Made by a program: the position numbers and the translations under genes | Source of the DNA: Vicinamibacterales bacterium | GTDB taxonomy: Bacteria; Acidobacteriota; Vicinamibacteria; Vicinamibacterales; UBA8438 | Direction of reading: 5' to 3' | NCBI GenBank assembly: GCA_958296065.1 | Contig: CATQHX010000079.1 | Location: 68,417-132,416 of the forward strand | DNA: 64,000 bases | Shown: positions 1-10,619 of the stretch, one piece after another | Layout: each line of letters opens with the position of its first letter | Numbering within the stretch: position 1 is the first letter of the stretch | The notes under the pieces: generated by a model | What the model was told of the DNA's origin: nothing | The model's database searches: none | The model's input: only the letters and a program-made list of their open reading frames with translations

Positions 1-1
1 C

Positions 2-97
2 GAATCGGCGCGGCACGGGCCGGGCCAGCCAAGGCGACCGCGCACAAGCTTGCGCATCGTGTTCGCGATGCTCGGCGACGACAAGCCGTACCTGTGA
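2..97 (+). mobile_element. Window-truncated 3' end of an IS110-family-like transposase gene
   Basis: Frame 2 reads ...RRPRTSLRIVFAMLGDDKPYL* (stop 95-97). This resembles the conserved C-terminal tail (..ARRxxxVLFAMLRDGxxY) of IS110/IS1111 transposases. Only 31 codons are visible. Confidence 0.3.
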
Positions 98-618
98 TCC
101 GCAGATCGACTACCAAGCGCGAACGGCGATCAAGAACAAGACGCGCTGGCTGAAGATGCTGCGCAAGGCAAACCTACTGCAGGAGGTCGCGCAAGCAGGC
201 CCCCAAGCAGCTGCGTCCAGCGCCAGCCCGGCGTCCGCGCCCGGGCTACCGCCTGGGTTAGGCTCGAGCCGGGGCTGGCGTGAGTCGGAGACGGGCGGGG
301 CGTGCGGGAGAGCTAGCGCGAGCGAACGGGCAAGCACCCGCTCGGCACGCTTGAGGCCCGTCCTCATCTCCGACATGCGGACACGAGCCGGCCTACCGAC
401 GGACAGAGTCGTTGGCCGGAAGGAGTGCGGTGCGCTCTCTTCCTGTCATGGCTTTCGGAGGAACATGGTCGGTACCTGATCCGGACCGCGACGTAGGACT
501 CTTGCGCTGAACTCGCGGTAGGATGAAGGGCATGAACCCCGACACAGTGTGGCTCATCGTCACGATGATTGCGGGTGACCCTGGCGCTCGTCGGATTCCA
601 GTAAGTTGAGGAGTCGCC

Positions 619-1743
619 TTGGCGTTCGAGCTCACGCCCCGCCAGATGCGCACCGTTGCAGCCGCGGTAACCACCGTAGCGGCGGTGATCATCGTTATCG
701 CCGCCGGGTTGCTGGGATGGTTGATCGTGTTGTTCGTCCGGACCTTCTCGGGCGTGTTCCTGCCTCTGGTGGTCGGGGGTGTAGCGGCGCTCGTGTTCCG
801 CCCGTACTACGACTGGCTGCGCGGCCCGGGCCGGATGCCGGTCGCAGGAGCGGTCGCTGCGGTGTTCCTGTCCGCGCTCGTCCCGTTGGCCGCGTTCATC
901 GCGTTCTTCGGGAGTCTGGCGGTTCGTCAGTTGCTCGGCCTTGCCGAGCAGGTCCCCGAGTTGTGGGAGCAGACCCGCACGTTGGCCGAGGCGATGCTGC
1001 CGCGCGTCGGCGTGGTGCTCGATACGTGGGGTGCGGGCGAATTGCTGCGGGAGATCGTGTCGGCGCAGCAGACCACGGTGGTTGAGTGGTTGCGGACTAT
1101 CGGGTCGCAGGCGGTCGCGGCCGGCTTCGGTTTCGCGCGTGGGTTCGGCGCCCTGCTCTCGTGGGCGATCACGCCGATCTACTTCGCCTACTTCCTGACT
1201 GCCACCGGCATTCGATTCGACGCCGATCACCTGCTGCCGTTTCTCAAGCCGGACACACGTAGCGACGTGACGTACTTGCTGCACGAGTTCGTCGACATCC
1301 TCGTCGCGTTCTTTCGCGGGCAGTTGATCATCGCGTCCCTGCAGGGGCTGCTGTTCGCCGTCGGCTTCTCCCTGATCGGTCTGAGCTACGGATTCGTCAT
1401 CGGCATGGCGCTGGGGATGCTCAACATCGTTCCGTACCTCGGCAGCATGGTCGGGCTCGCCGTCGCCCTTCCCATCGCCTTCTTCCAGGCGGACGGCGGC
1501 CTGAGTACCTGTGCGCTCCTGCTGGTGGTGTTCGCCGTCGTGCAGCAGATCGAGGGCTGGTTCCTGACCCCGAGAATCATGGGTGAGCGTACCGGCCTCC
1601 ACTTCATGGCCATCGTCGTGGCGATTCTGTTCTGGGGCACGGTGTTCGACAGCGTCCTGGGACTGGTCCTGGCGATTCCGCTGACCGCCTTCTTGGAGTC
1701 GGTTTGGCACCTGGCGCGCGAGAAGTACATTCCGGTTCGCTAA
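619..1743 (+). CDS. AI-2E family transporter (PerM/UPF0118-like permease)
   Basis: 374-aa ORF with about 8 hydrophobic helices. The C-terminal block LNIVPYLGSMVG...VVQQIEGWFLTPRIMG is typical of the AI-2E/PerM family. The long antisense ORF 364-1935 is a GC shadow. Confidence 0.85.
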   Translation: MAFELTPRQMRTVAAAVTTVAAVIIVIAAGLLGWLIVLFVRTFSGVFLPLVVGGVAALVFRPYYDWLRGPGRMPVAGAVAAVFLSALVPLAAFIAFFGSLAVRQLLGLAEQVPELWEQTRTLAEAMLPRVGVVLDTWGAGELLREIVSAQQTTVVEWLRTIGSQAVAAGFGFARGFGALLSWAITPIYFAYFLTATGIRFDADHLLPFLKPDTRSDVTYLLHEFVDILVAFFRGQLIIASLQGLLFAVGFSLIGLSYGFVIGMALGMLNIVPYLGSMVGLAVALPIAFFQADGGLSTCALLLVVFAVVQQIEGWFLTPRIMGERTGLHFMAIVVAILFWGTVFDSVLGLVLAIPLTAFLESVWHLAREKYIPVR

Positions 1744-2192
1744 CCGGGGCCACCTGCAGCAGCCGGACGTTGGCCCGGTCGGCTTCCGATCTTCGTCAAG
1801 GCGGTGCCGGCGGCGGCAAGGGGATGCGTGCTCGACCGCGTACCACCGTCGCGATCCGTTCGAACGGTGCCAGCAGTGGGGGCGTCCACCGCTTCGACGA
1901 CTCGTGCCCGCAAAGACGGTGTGGTTGGTCGCCACATCCTGACGCAGGTCTGGGCGCTGCCGTCGTCGTGCGGAGGTCGATGGCGGCAGCGCCGCTCACG
2001 GCGGGGCTCGGCGTTGCCGATAAGGCCAGCCGCGTACTGGCGGCATCCCGGGCTACCGAGCCAGTTCCTATGCGCAACCGCGATGATGCGGGGGTGTTCG
2101 AGTGACGCCGTCCACGGACGGCACGTCAGTTGTTCGATTTCACTGCAGGCCCGGCGACCGATGGTCTAGTGTCTAGGTCCAACACAGGGCAC

Positions 2193-3338
2193 TCACCGCC
2201 GACGGCCGAGCAACTTGCCCGCCTTGGATCTGAACTTCGCGAGGAACGAGTCGTCCGTTGCCGTCTTCACACGCTCTCTAAACTCCCGTTCCACAGCATC
2301 GGTGTCCGGTAGCTGCCCATCGGTCCTCGTGAACACGGCAACGAGCGAGGCAATGTAGATCTCACCCAGGACGGTCGTCAGCGTCGTGGCCGTGGCGGCC
2401 GAGACTGCTCCACCAAAGATCGAGCCGCCGCCGGGGATGAATTTCAGAAGATTGGCGACGATGGCGCGTCCGACCACGGTTGTGCTCGCCGTCCCCGTCA
2501 CCGTTGCTACGAGCACGCTGAGGAAGGCTCTCGAGGTATCGAGCCCAAAGACGACAGAGATGCCGGCCAGCATGCTGATCTGGATTGGCACGAGAATCAA
2601 TGCGTCGGCAAATGGGATCGGCACCGCGGCGGCGGCGGCGGCAGTGGTTGCTGCGGATGCAACCACCGCATGCGCTTGCTGCTCCTTTTGCTGTACCGAG
2701 ACCTTCTGCGCCGCGGCGAGTGCGCCTTGGATTCCCTCAGGAACGACCTCGGCTGTCGACGCGACAAGATCGTCCAATCCCATCGGCGGCAGTGAAACAC
2801 CAGGATCGTCGAACTGTTCTGCGATAGCTCGCACGCGGACGACATTCTTCACCTCTGGCAGTAGCCGGTGTACCTCGGCACGGAATCCATCGTCTCTACG
2901 AGCCTTGGTAATCACGCCGAGTACGGGCAGGTGTTGCGCCAAAGAGCGGCACAGCTTCTGTTCCGCGGGTTCGACACGGCGTCCGTCCTCGTTCAGACAC
3001 AGCCACGCGACATGAATGTGGTCCTGTAGGTTGGGCTCACTTGCGCGCTTCTCGACCAAGTTCGTCAACTCGCCGAGCGTCTCGTCGAAGTCGGACATCT
3101 CGAGGCCGCGCGAGTCCCAGATCGCCAGCGGGATGCCGTCCTTCGAGATGAGGTGCGTCGTCTGCGTGACTGGCTCTCCTTGGCCCGTCGCGGCCAGCCT
3201 GCCGTGGAAGACACTGTTGATGAGAGTGCTCTTGCCGACGCCCGTGCGGCCAGCGATGAGCACGTTGACCTTGCCCAGGTCGCGCCTGGCTTCGTCGATC
3301 GCCCTCTTCACAGCCGCAGTCAGGTCCAAAGACTTCAT
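2193..3338 (-). CDS. GTP-binding protein (MMR_HSR1-type GTPase domain) fused to a C-terminal DUF697-like membrane domain
   Basis: P-loop GRTGVGKST, DSRG (G3-like) and TKAR (NKxD-like) motifs in the N-terminal half. The C-terminal half is Ala/Gly/Thr-rich and hydrophobic (AAVPIPFADALILVPIQISMLAGISVVFG), as in YcjF/DUF697 proteins. Confidence 0.8.
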   Translation of the reverse strand: MKSLDLTAAVKRAIDEARRDLGKVNVLIAGRTGVGKSTLINSVFHGRLAATGQGEPVTQTTHLISKDGIPLAIWDSRGLEMSDFDETLGELTNLVEKRASEPNLQDHIHVAWLCLNEDGRRVEPAEQKLCRSLAQHLPVLGVITKARRDDGFRAEVHRLLPEVKNVVRVRAIAEQFDDPGVSLPPMGLDDLVASTAEVVPEGIQGALAAAQKVSVQQKEQQAHAVVASAATTAAAAAAVPIPFADALILVPIQISMLAGISVVFGLDTSRAFLSVLVATVTGTASTTVVGRAIVANLLKFIPGGGSIFGGAVSAATATTLTTVLGEIYIASLVAVFTRTDGQLPDTDAVEREFRERVKTATDDSFLAKFRSKAGKLLGRRR

Positions 3339-3371
3339 CGCAGGGAAGCTTCTTCCAGTTCCGTTCCAGAC

Positions 3372-3965
3372 TCAACGGTCGTCTGCATCCAAGTTGACAG
3401 ACGCCACGTCCGTGACCCGCCTGGCTACAGCGTTGGTACCCTCCCGTACCTGCGGCACCGGCGTCAGTATCCTCGAACGCCACCACCGTTCCCGCCAGAA
3501 CGCCACGCTCGCAAGTAGCAGCAGCACCAGGAAGGCCAGCCAACCAAGGCTTCCGGGGCTATCTCCGCGGTCGTTGGGAATGTTTCGGATTATCTCGTCC
3601 TGACGGATCCGAGTCTGACGTTCGTCTGCGAGCGCCCGCTCCAACTGCTCCGCTGTCGCCGATGCCTCCGCGAAGTCGATCCGCGCCCGGTCACGCTCGC
3701 CTCGCAGCCGCTCGACTTCCACTTCCAGTGGTCCCCGTCTCTCCCCCGCTCTCACGAGTTCGTTCACGCGCTCCCGCAGATTCTCATTGTCTGCCGACAG
3801 GCCCGCATTCTCCTGCACCAAGCGCTCGTTCTCCAAGCGCAGCCGCTGGTTCTCCAGCAGGACATCCGTGGGCGGGTCGGAATCGAATGGCCACCACCAC
3901 TGGGCGGCGAGTCCGGTGGTCGCCAGAATCACGATCAGAGTTGCCGCTGCGAAGAGGAATCTCAT
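3372..3965 (-). CDS. Coiled-coil membrane protein of unknown function (operon partner of the GTPase)
   Basis: Internal ATG at 3965 of ORF 3372-4226. N-terminal TM MRFLFAAATLIVILATTGLAA, heptad-rich ENQRLRLENERLVQEN...RERVNELV...EVERLRGERDRA, C-terminal TM GWLAFLVLLLLASVAFW. Ends 34 nt upstream of the GTPase start on the same strand. Confidence 0.5.
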   Translation of the reverse strand: MRFLFAAATLIVILATTGLAAQWWWPFDSDPPTDVLLENQRLRLENERLVQENAGLSADNENLRERVNELVRAGERRGPLEVEVERLRGERDRARIDFAEASATAEQLERALADERQTRIRQDEIIRNIPNDRGDSPGSLGWLAFLVLLLLASVAFWRERWWRSRILTPVPQVREGTNAVARRVTDVASVNLDADDR

Positions 3966-4802
3966 GGCTGATAACCGCCTTGGCACCGACCGCAATGACC
4001 CTCGGACGGTCCACCAGTCGGCACCACCCGACCCTACCACAGCCGTGTGCCGGCACGATCTCGTCTTGCGGCGCCCGCTCCGCGGATCCTCCACTGCGTC
4101 CGGCCATTCAGGTGACCCACCGCCGGCCGGGGCAGTCCGGGCCCGCAGGTGCCCGTCTCGATGGGCAGGTCGAACTGGCCGCGGGGCAGGACGAGGTCGT
4201 GAGTCTGGCGGTGGAGCGGTGAGCACGCGCCGGCTGCTGGGGAGGTATCTGCCGGTAGCGTCTCCGGAGCGCCGGGGGACGGTGGCCGGCGAGTACCTGG
4301 CTGCAGGACGCCGTTCACCATTGACGTGCGTCTGCCGCTGCCGGCGACGTGCTCAGACTGCCGGGCCGACGTGCTCGCCCGCTCGGACACCCAGGGTCCG
4401 GCCCGGCCGGGCCGCTCGGGGTTCGACACGCTACGGATCCAGAAAGCCACGCATTGACGTTGCGCTCAACCGGCTGGCCGGCCAAGCCTTGGCAGGGGCC
4501 GCTCGGGCAGCCGCGCGCGCGACTTGAAGGCCTCGACGGCCTGGGCGGGCGTGACGGGCAGGCGTACTGGCGCAGCGTGAACTGCACCGAACTCCATGAT
4601 TCTCGCCCGTCGCACGGCAGTCGCCGAGCTGGCTCGACTTCTGGTAGCAGGTCGTGGACCTGAAACGAATCGGTCTGCGGCCGCCGACGCGAACGAGGTG
4701 TGCACGATAATCGCACTCGCGAAGCTGCGCCTCGACTTGCAGTTGCAGCCGGACGACGAGTCCGGCGTTGTAACGGGACGGCCGTACAACGAAGGAGAAC
4801 CC

Positions 4803-5735
4803 ATGCGAACCATTCCCTCCCGGCTTGCACTCATCGTGGTCCTCGCTATCGCGGCTCCCGCGCTTGTCGTGCATGGACAGCAGAATCCGGAGGCGATGCC
4901 CCAGGCCGGCCTCGTCAGGCTGCTCGACGAGGACAAGGTGGCGTTCGGCGTCACGGTCGACGCGCGCGCGGACCCGGTTGCTCTCTCGGCAAACGACGAT
5001 ATCGACTTCGTCTTCTTCGACATGGAGCACGGCCCCTATGACGTCAGCGCGTTGCGGACGTGGATGCAGTGGCTTCTGAATCCTGCCGCGATCGCCGCAA
5101 CGGGCGACGCGCTTGCGGGCAAGGCCGTGATTGTGCGGATTCCCGCGACCGGCCGCGAGCTCGACCAGAACATCTGGATGGTCAAGCAGGTGCTCGACGT
5201 GGGTGCGCACGGCATCATCTTCCCGACGGTCGAGACCCCGGAGCAGGCGCTGATGGCCATCCGCGCCATGCGCTACCCGCAGAGGCTGGGTGCGCCGGAC
5301 TCGGAGCCGGCAGGGTTGCGGGGCACCAATCCCCGGCTCGCGGCGCGCTACTGGGGCCTGTCGGTTCCGGACTACATAGAGCGGGCGGACGTCTGGCGGC
5401 TGGATCCGCCGAACGGCAACCTGCTGCCCTGGCTTCTCATCGAGAGCCCGCTCGGGGTGGCAAACGTGCGCGAGATCGCCCGCCAGCTCAGCGAGCGGAA
5501 CATCGGCGCCGTGCTGTTCGCCGGTTCCGAGACCGGCGGAGACATGCTGAACACGCACGGTGGCAGCCTGGAGGCCGTGGCGCAAGCCATCGATACCGTG
5601 CTCGCCGCCGGGAAGGAGTTCGGCCTCCCCGTGGCCATGACGAGCACGACCGACATGATGGAGCGCATCGAGCAGGGAGCGCGCCTGTTCACGGGTGGTG
5701 TGACGCCCGCGCTGCGGAGGGAAGCGGGCCGTTAG
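4803..5735 (+). CDS. HpcH/HpaI aldolase/citrate-lyase family protein with N-terminal signal peptide
   Basis: ATG 4803 is preceded by GAAGGAGAA. Signal-like MRTIPSRLALIVVLAIAAPALVVHG. Family blocks FVFFDMEHGPYD, VIVRIP, VLDVGAHGIIFPTVETPEQA, AMRYPQ, LIESPLGVANVREIA. Confidence 0.8.
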   Translation: MRTIPSRLALIVVLAIAAPALVVHGQQNPEAMPQAGLVRLLDEDKVAFGVTVDARADPVALSANDDIDFVFFDMEHGPYDVSALRTWMQWLLNPAAIAATGDALAGKAVIVRIPATGRELDQNIWMVKQVLDVGAHGIIFPTVETPEQALMAIRAMRYPQRLGAPDSEPAGLRGTNPRLAARYWGLSVPDYIERADVWRLDPPNGNLLPWLLIESPLGVANVREIARQLSERNIGAVLFAGSETGGDMLNTHGGSLEAVAQAIDTVLAAGKEFGLPVAMTSTTDMMERIEQGARLFTGGVTPALRREAGR

Positions 5736-6374
5736 CGGAGACGTGCTGCGCGTTGACGAGCGCCTGAGCGGCATGTACGAATTCCCGGTGCCGCGCGAGC
5801 AGCGGCGCCGCGGCATGCGGCGGACGATGGCTATCGAAAGCTCCAGCAGCACGGTCCGGTATCGCCGGGTGGCGTTCTCCGATCCGGACGAAACGTTGCT
5901 GCTGCCCGCATCGAGCGAGTCGATGACGATCTGGCGCAACGCGGGCGTCGCGCGGCAGTTCATCACCCACGAGATCTCGAACTACCGGCGGTTCGTGACG
6001 GGCGTGCGCGTGATGGGGGCGCCGCGCCGTCGCTGACCGGCGAAGTGATTGGCGAGACCCGGCGGATGCTGGATCGGGCCGGACTACTCGACGACGGCAA
6101 GCTTCGCTATCGCATTCCGTTCCCGCTCGCCATGGACGAACTGATTCCGGACACCGGTGACCCTACGCGGGAACAGGCCTCCGGTACTGGATCATCGGCC
6201 GGTTGACGGCGGCCATCGACCGTTGATTCGGATCAGGCGCGCAGTGCGCCCACGCGCCGTACGCGGACGCTCCACCGGCCCGCCCGGTCGCCCTCGAGGG
6301 TTGCCGTCCGACGGAGGAAGCAGGCCGGTTTACCCATCCGCAGGCACGCGTGTAGAGTGGGGCGTGGAGGGCGT

Positions 6375-8129
6375 ATGTTTGCGATCCGTTGGGCAGTCGT
6401 AGTGTGTCTCGTGATGACTGCGGGCCAGGCGCCGGCGCAGTCGAGCAGTCGCTTCGCCCCGGTGACGGACGAGGTGCTGCAGGATCCCGACCCCGCCGAC
6501 TGGCTCATGTGGCGGCGGACGCTCGACGGATGGGGCTACAGCCCGCTGGATCAAATCGATCGCGACAACGTGGGCGACCTGCGCATGGTCTGGTCGCGAG
6601 CCCTTGGGCCAGGCCTCCAGCAGGGAACGCCGCTCGTCCATGACGGCGTCCTCTACATGCCCAACCCGCGGGACGTCATCCAGGCGATCGACGGCGCCAG
6701 CGGCGATCTCCTGTGGGAATACCGGCGGACGCTCCCCGAGGACGTGGACGAGTTCCTCATCACCGTCCTCGCCGAGATCAACCGCAATCTCGCCATCTAC
6801 GACAATCTCATCATCGACACCAGCGTCGACGACTACGTCTTCGCCCTCGATGCGGCGACCGGCCGGCTGGCCTGGGAGACGCAGATTCTCGACTACCGGA
6901 CGCATCCTGCCAATCAGACATCCGGACCGATCATCGCCGGGGGCAAGGTGATCTCGGGGCGGAGCTGCACCCCGCAGGGTGGACCGGACGCGTGCGTCAT
7001 CACGGCGCACGACGCCCGGACCGGTGAGGAGCTGTGGCGGACGCGCACCATTCCCGCGCCCGGCGAACCGGGCGACGAGAGCTGGGGCGACGTGCCCTAC
7101 GAGGAGCGCAAGCACGTGGGCGCCTGGATGGTGCCCAGCTACGACCCGGCCTTGAACCTCATCTACATCGGCACGTCGGTGACGTCGCCCGCCCCGAAGT
7201 TCATGCTCGGCGGGGCCGACAAGAAGCACCTGTACCACAACTCGACGCTAGCCCTCGACGCCGATACGGGCGAGATCGCCTGGTACTACCAGCATCTCAA
7301 CGACCATTGGGATCTCGATCACCCGTTCGAACGCCTGTTGCTCGACACGGCCGTCGCACCGGATCCGGCGGTCGTGCCCTGGATCAATCCGCGGCTGCGG
7401 CACGGCGAGGTCCGCAAGGTCGTCACCGGCATACCCGGCAAGACCGGCGTCGTCTACACCCTCGACCGCGAGACCGGCGAGTTCCTGTGGGCGACGCCGA
7501 CGGTCACGCAGAACGTGATCAGCGGCATCGACGGCGCCACCGGCGCGGTCACGGAGAACCCGGAGGTCGTCTTCACGGGCAACGGACAGACGGTGCTGGC
7601 CTGCCCGACGCTGGTGGGCGGCAAGGACTGGGAGGCGGGGGCGTACAGTCCGCAGACTAGGCTGATGTACTTTCCGCTGCGCAACGCCTGTGCGCGGATG
7701 ATGGCCACGGCCGGCAGCGACAGCGTTGCCACTTCGCTCTATGCGCTCGCCGTGCGGAGCGAGCTTGCGCCCGGCACGGACCAGCTCGGCACCGTCCAGG
7801 CGATCTCGCCGGAGACCGGAGCGCTCATCTGGAAATACGAGCAACGGGCCGCCACCACCTCGCTCGTCGCGACCGGCGGCGGCCTCGTGTTCGGCGGCGA
7901 CCTCAACGGCCGGTTCCGCGCTCTGGACGCGGAAACCGGGGACGTGCTGTGGGAGGTGAACCTGGGCTCGCCGATCACCGGGTTTCCCATCACGTTCGCA
8001 GTCGACGGCCGGCAATATGTTGCGGTCAGCACCGGCAGCTCGCGCACCGTCGTGTACTTCGCGCCTCTGACCCCCGAGCTGCGCCCGAGCATGGGCAACA
8101 ACCTGTTTGTCTTCGCCTTGCCCGACTAG
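6375..8129 (+). CDS. PQQ-dependent dehydrogenase, methanol/ethanol-family beta-propeller (paralogue 1 of the close trio)
   Basis: Signal peptide, then WLMWRRTLDGWGYSPLDQIDRDNVGDLR (typical PQQ-ADH N-terminus), repeated W-motif blades, NDHWDLDHPFE active-site region, ends FVFALPD. RBS GGAGGG before ATG 6375. Confidence 0.9.
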   Translation: MFAIRWAVVVCLVMTAGQAPAQSSSRFAPVTDEVLQDPDPADWLMWRRTLDGWGYSPLDQIDRDNVGDLRMVWSRALGPGLQQGTPLVHDGVLYMPNPRDVIQAIDGASGDLLWEYRRTLPEDVDEFLITVLAEINRNLAIYDNLIIDTSVDDYVFALDAATGRLAWETQILDYRTHPANQTSGPIIAGGKVISGRSCTPQGGPDACVITAHDARTGEELWRTRTIPAPGEPGDESWGDVPYEERKHVGAWMVPSYDPALNLIYIGTSVTSPAPKFMLGGADKKHLYHNSTLALDADTGEIAWYYQHLNDHWDLDHPFERLLLDTAVAPDPAVVPWINPRLRHGEVRKVVTGIPGKTGVVYTLDRETGEFLWATPTVTQNVISGIDGATGAVTENPEVVFTGNGQTVLACPTLVGGKDWEAGAYSPQTRLMYFPLRNACARMMATAGSDSVATSLYALAVRSELAPGTDQLGTVQAISPETGALIWKYEQRAATTSLVATGGGLVFGGDLNGRFRALDAETGDVLWEVNLGSPITGFPITFAVDGRQYVAVSTGSSRTVVYFAPLTPELRPSMGNNLFVFALPD

Positions 8130-8320
8130 GCTAATGGTCCGCCGAAGCGGGCTGAAAACCGGCCCACCATCTGCAACGGCGCGGCGAGGACGTCGGCCCC
8201 CTCTTGCCGGCTTCATCCGATGACGCCGTTGAGGCCGGCCGCCGGCCGGTTGTACGCTATCGCGTGACGGGACCGGATTAAGCGGCTTGCTGTCCGGGTT
8301 CGTGCGACGGAGGTCACGAC

Positions 8321-9903
<1,583 letters not shown>

Positions 9904-9907
<4 letters not shown>

Positions 9908-10149
9908 CCGTCAGCGAGCTGATCGAGACGCTCAAGGCCCACCCCGGTGATCTGCGGGTCGTCGTCAACGGGTATGAGGAAGGCTACGACGATCTGTCGC
10001 CCGGCCAGATCTCCGTGCGGCGCATTGCGCTGAACACCGGCGTTGAGGACTGGGAGGGCCAACACGGATACGATTGGGAACCTGCTATCCGCGGCAAAGA
10101 GCCGGCGACCATCGTTGACGCGCTGGTCCTCAACCGCGTATCTCACTGA
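9904..10149 (+). CDS. Small hypothetical protein (81 aa) embedded in the R-M cassette
   Basis: ATG 9904 overlaps the hsdM stop (ATGA). Non-repetitive sequence [31 protein letters not shown].... No recognisable family. Confidence 0.45.
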
Positions 10150-10166
10150 CCGCTGCTCTGGCGAAC

Positions 10167-10619
10167 GTGCATCCTGTCATGAGACTCGACCTGACGCCGC
10201 TCGATGATGCGATCGCCCAGTTGGAGGAAGCGATCGAGTACCACGGCTCCGACCTCGCGTCGCGCGACCCCGCGCTCAAGCTGCACCTTCGAGCCGCCGC
10301 GATCCAGGCGTTCGAGTTCACCTACGAGCTGTCCTTCAAGATGGTGAAGCGGCATCTCGAACAGGTCTCCCCGAATCCCGCCGCGTTCGACGAGATGAGC
10401 TTCAAGGCCATCATGCGTGCAGCCTTCCGCCGCGGGTTGGTGCAGTCCGAAGTGTCCATCTGGGACAAGTACCGGATGCTGCGGGGCACGACCAGTCACA
10501 CCTACAACGCAGTCAAGGCGCAGATGGTTTTCGAGAGCCTGCCGGATTTCCTCCGGGAGGCCAGATTCCTCCGGGATCAGCTCAAGCAGAGGAACGAGTC
10601 CCTTGACGACCCCGATTGA
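10167..10619 (+). CDS. HEPN-domain protein, HI0074-like 'nucleotidyltransferase substrate-binding' family (toxin-like partner of MNT)
   Basis: 150 aa. Helical FEFTYELSFKMVKRHL block and Rx4H motif (RGTTSH) characteristic of HI0074/HEPN proteins. Confidence 0.8.
   Translation: MHPVMRLDLTPLDDAIAQLEEAIEYHGSDLASRDPALKLHLRAAAIQAFEFTYELSFKMVKRHLEQVSPNPAAFDEMSFKAIMRAAFRRGLVQSEVSIWDKYRMLRGTTSHTYNAVKAQMVFESLPDFLREARFLRDQLKQRNESLDDPD

Noticed and set aside
364-1935. 523-aa minus-strand ORF covering the AI-2E transporter gene
   Set aside because: Arg/Pro/Gly/His-rich low-complexity translation, fully antisense to a well-supported CDS. This is a typical shadow ORF in high-GC DNA.
5743-6200. 97-aa ORF (5743-6036) and the following short frame (...GEVIGETRRMLDRAGLLDDGKLRYRIPFPLAMDELIPD...)
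   Set aside because: The translations look partly protein-like but I could not recognise any family. There is no clear start or RBS, and the two pieces are in different frames. They may be remnants and are left unannotated.
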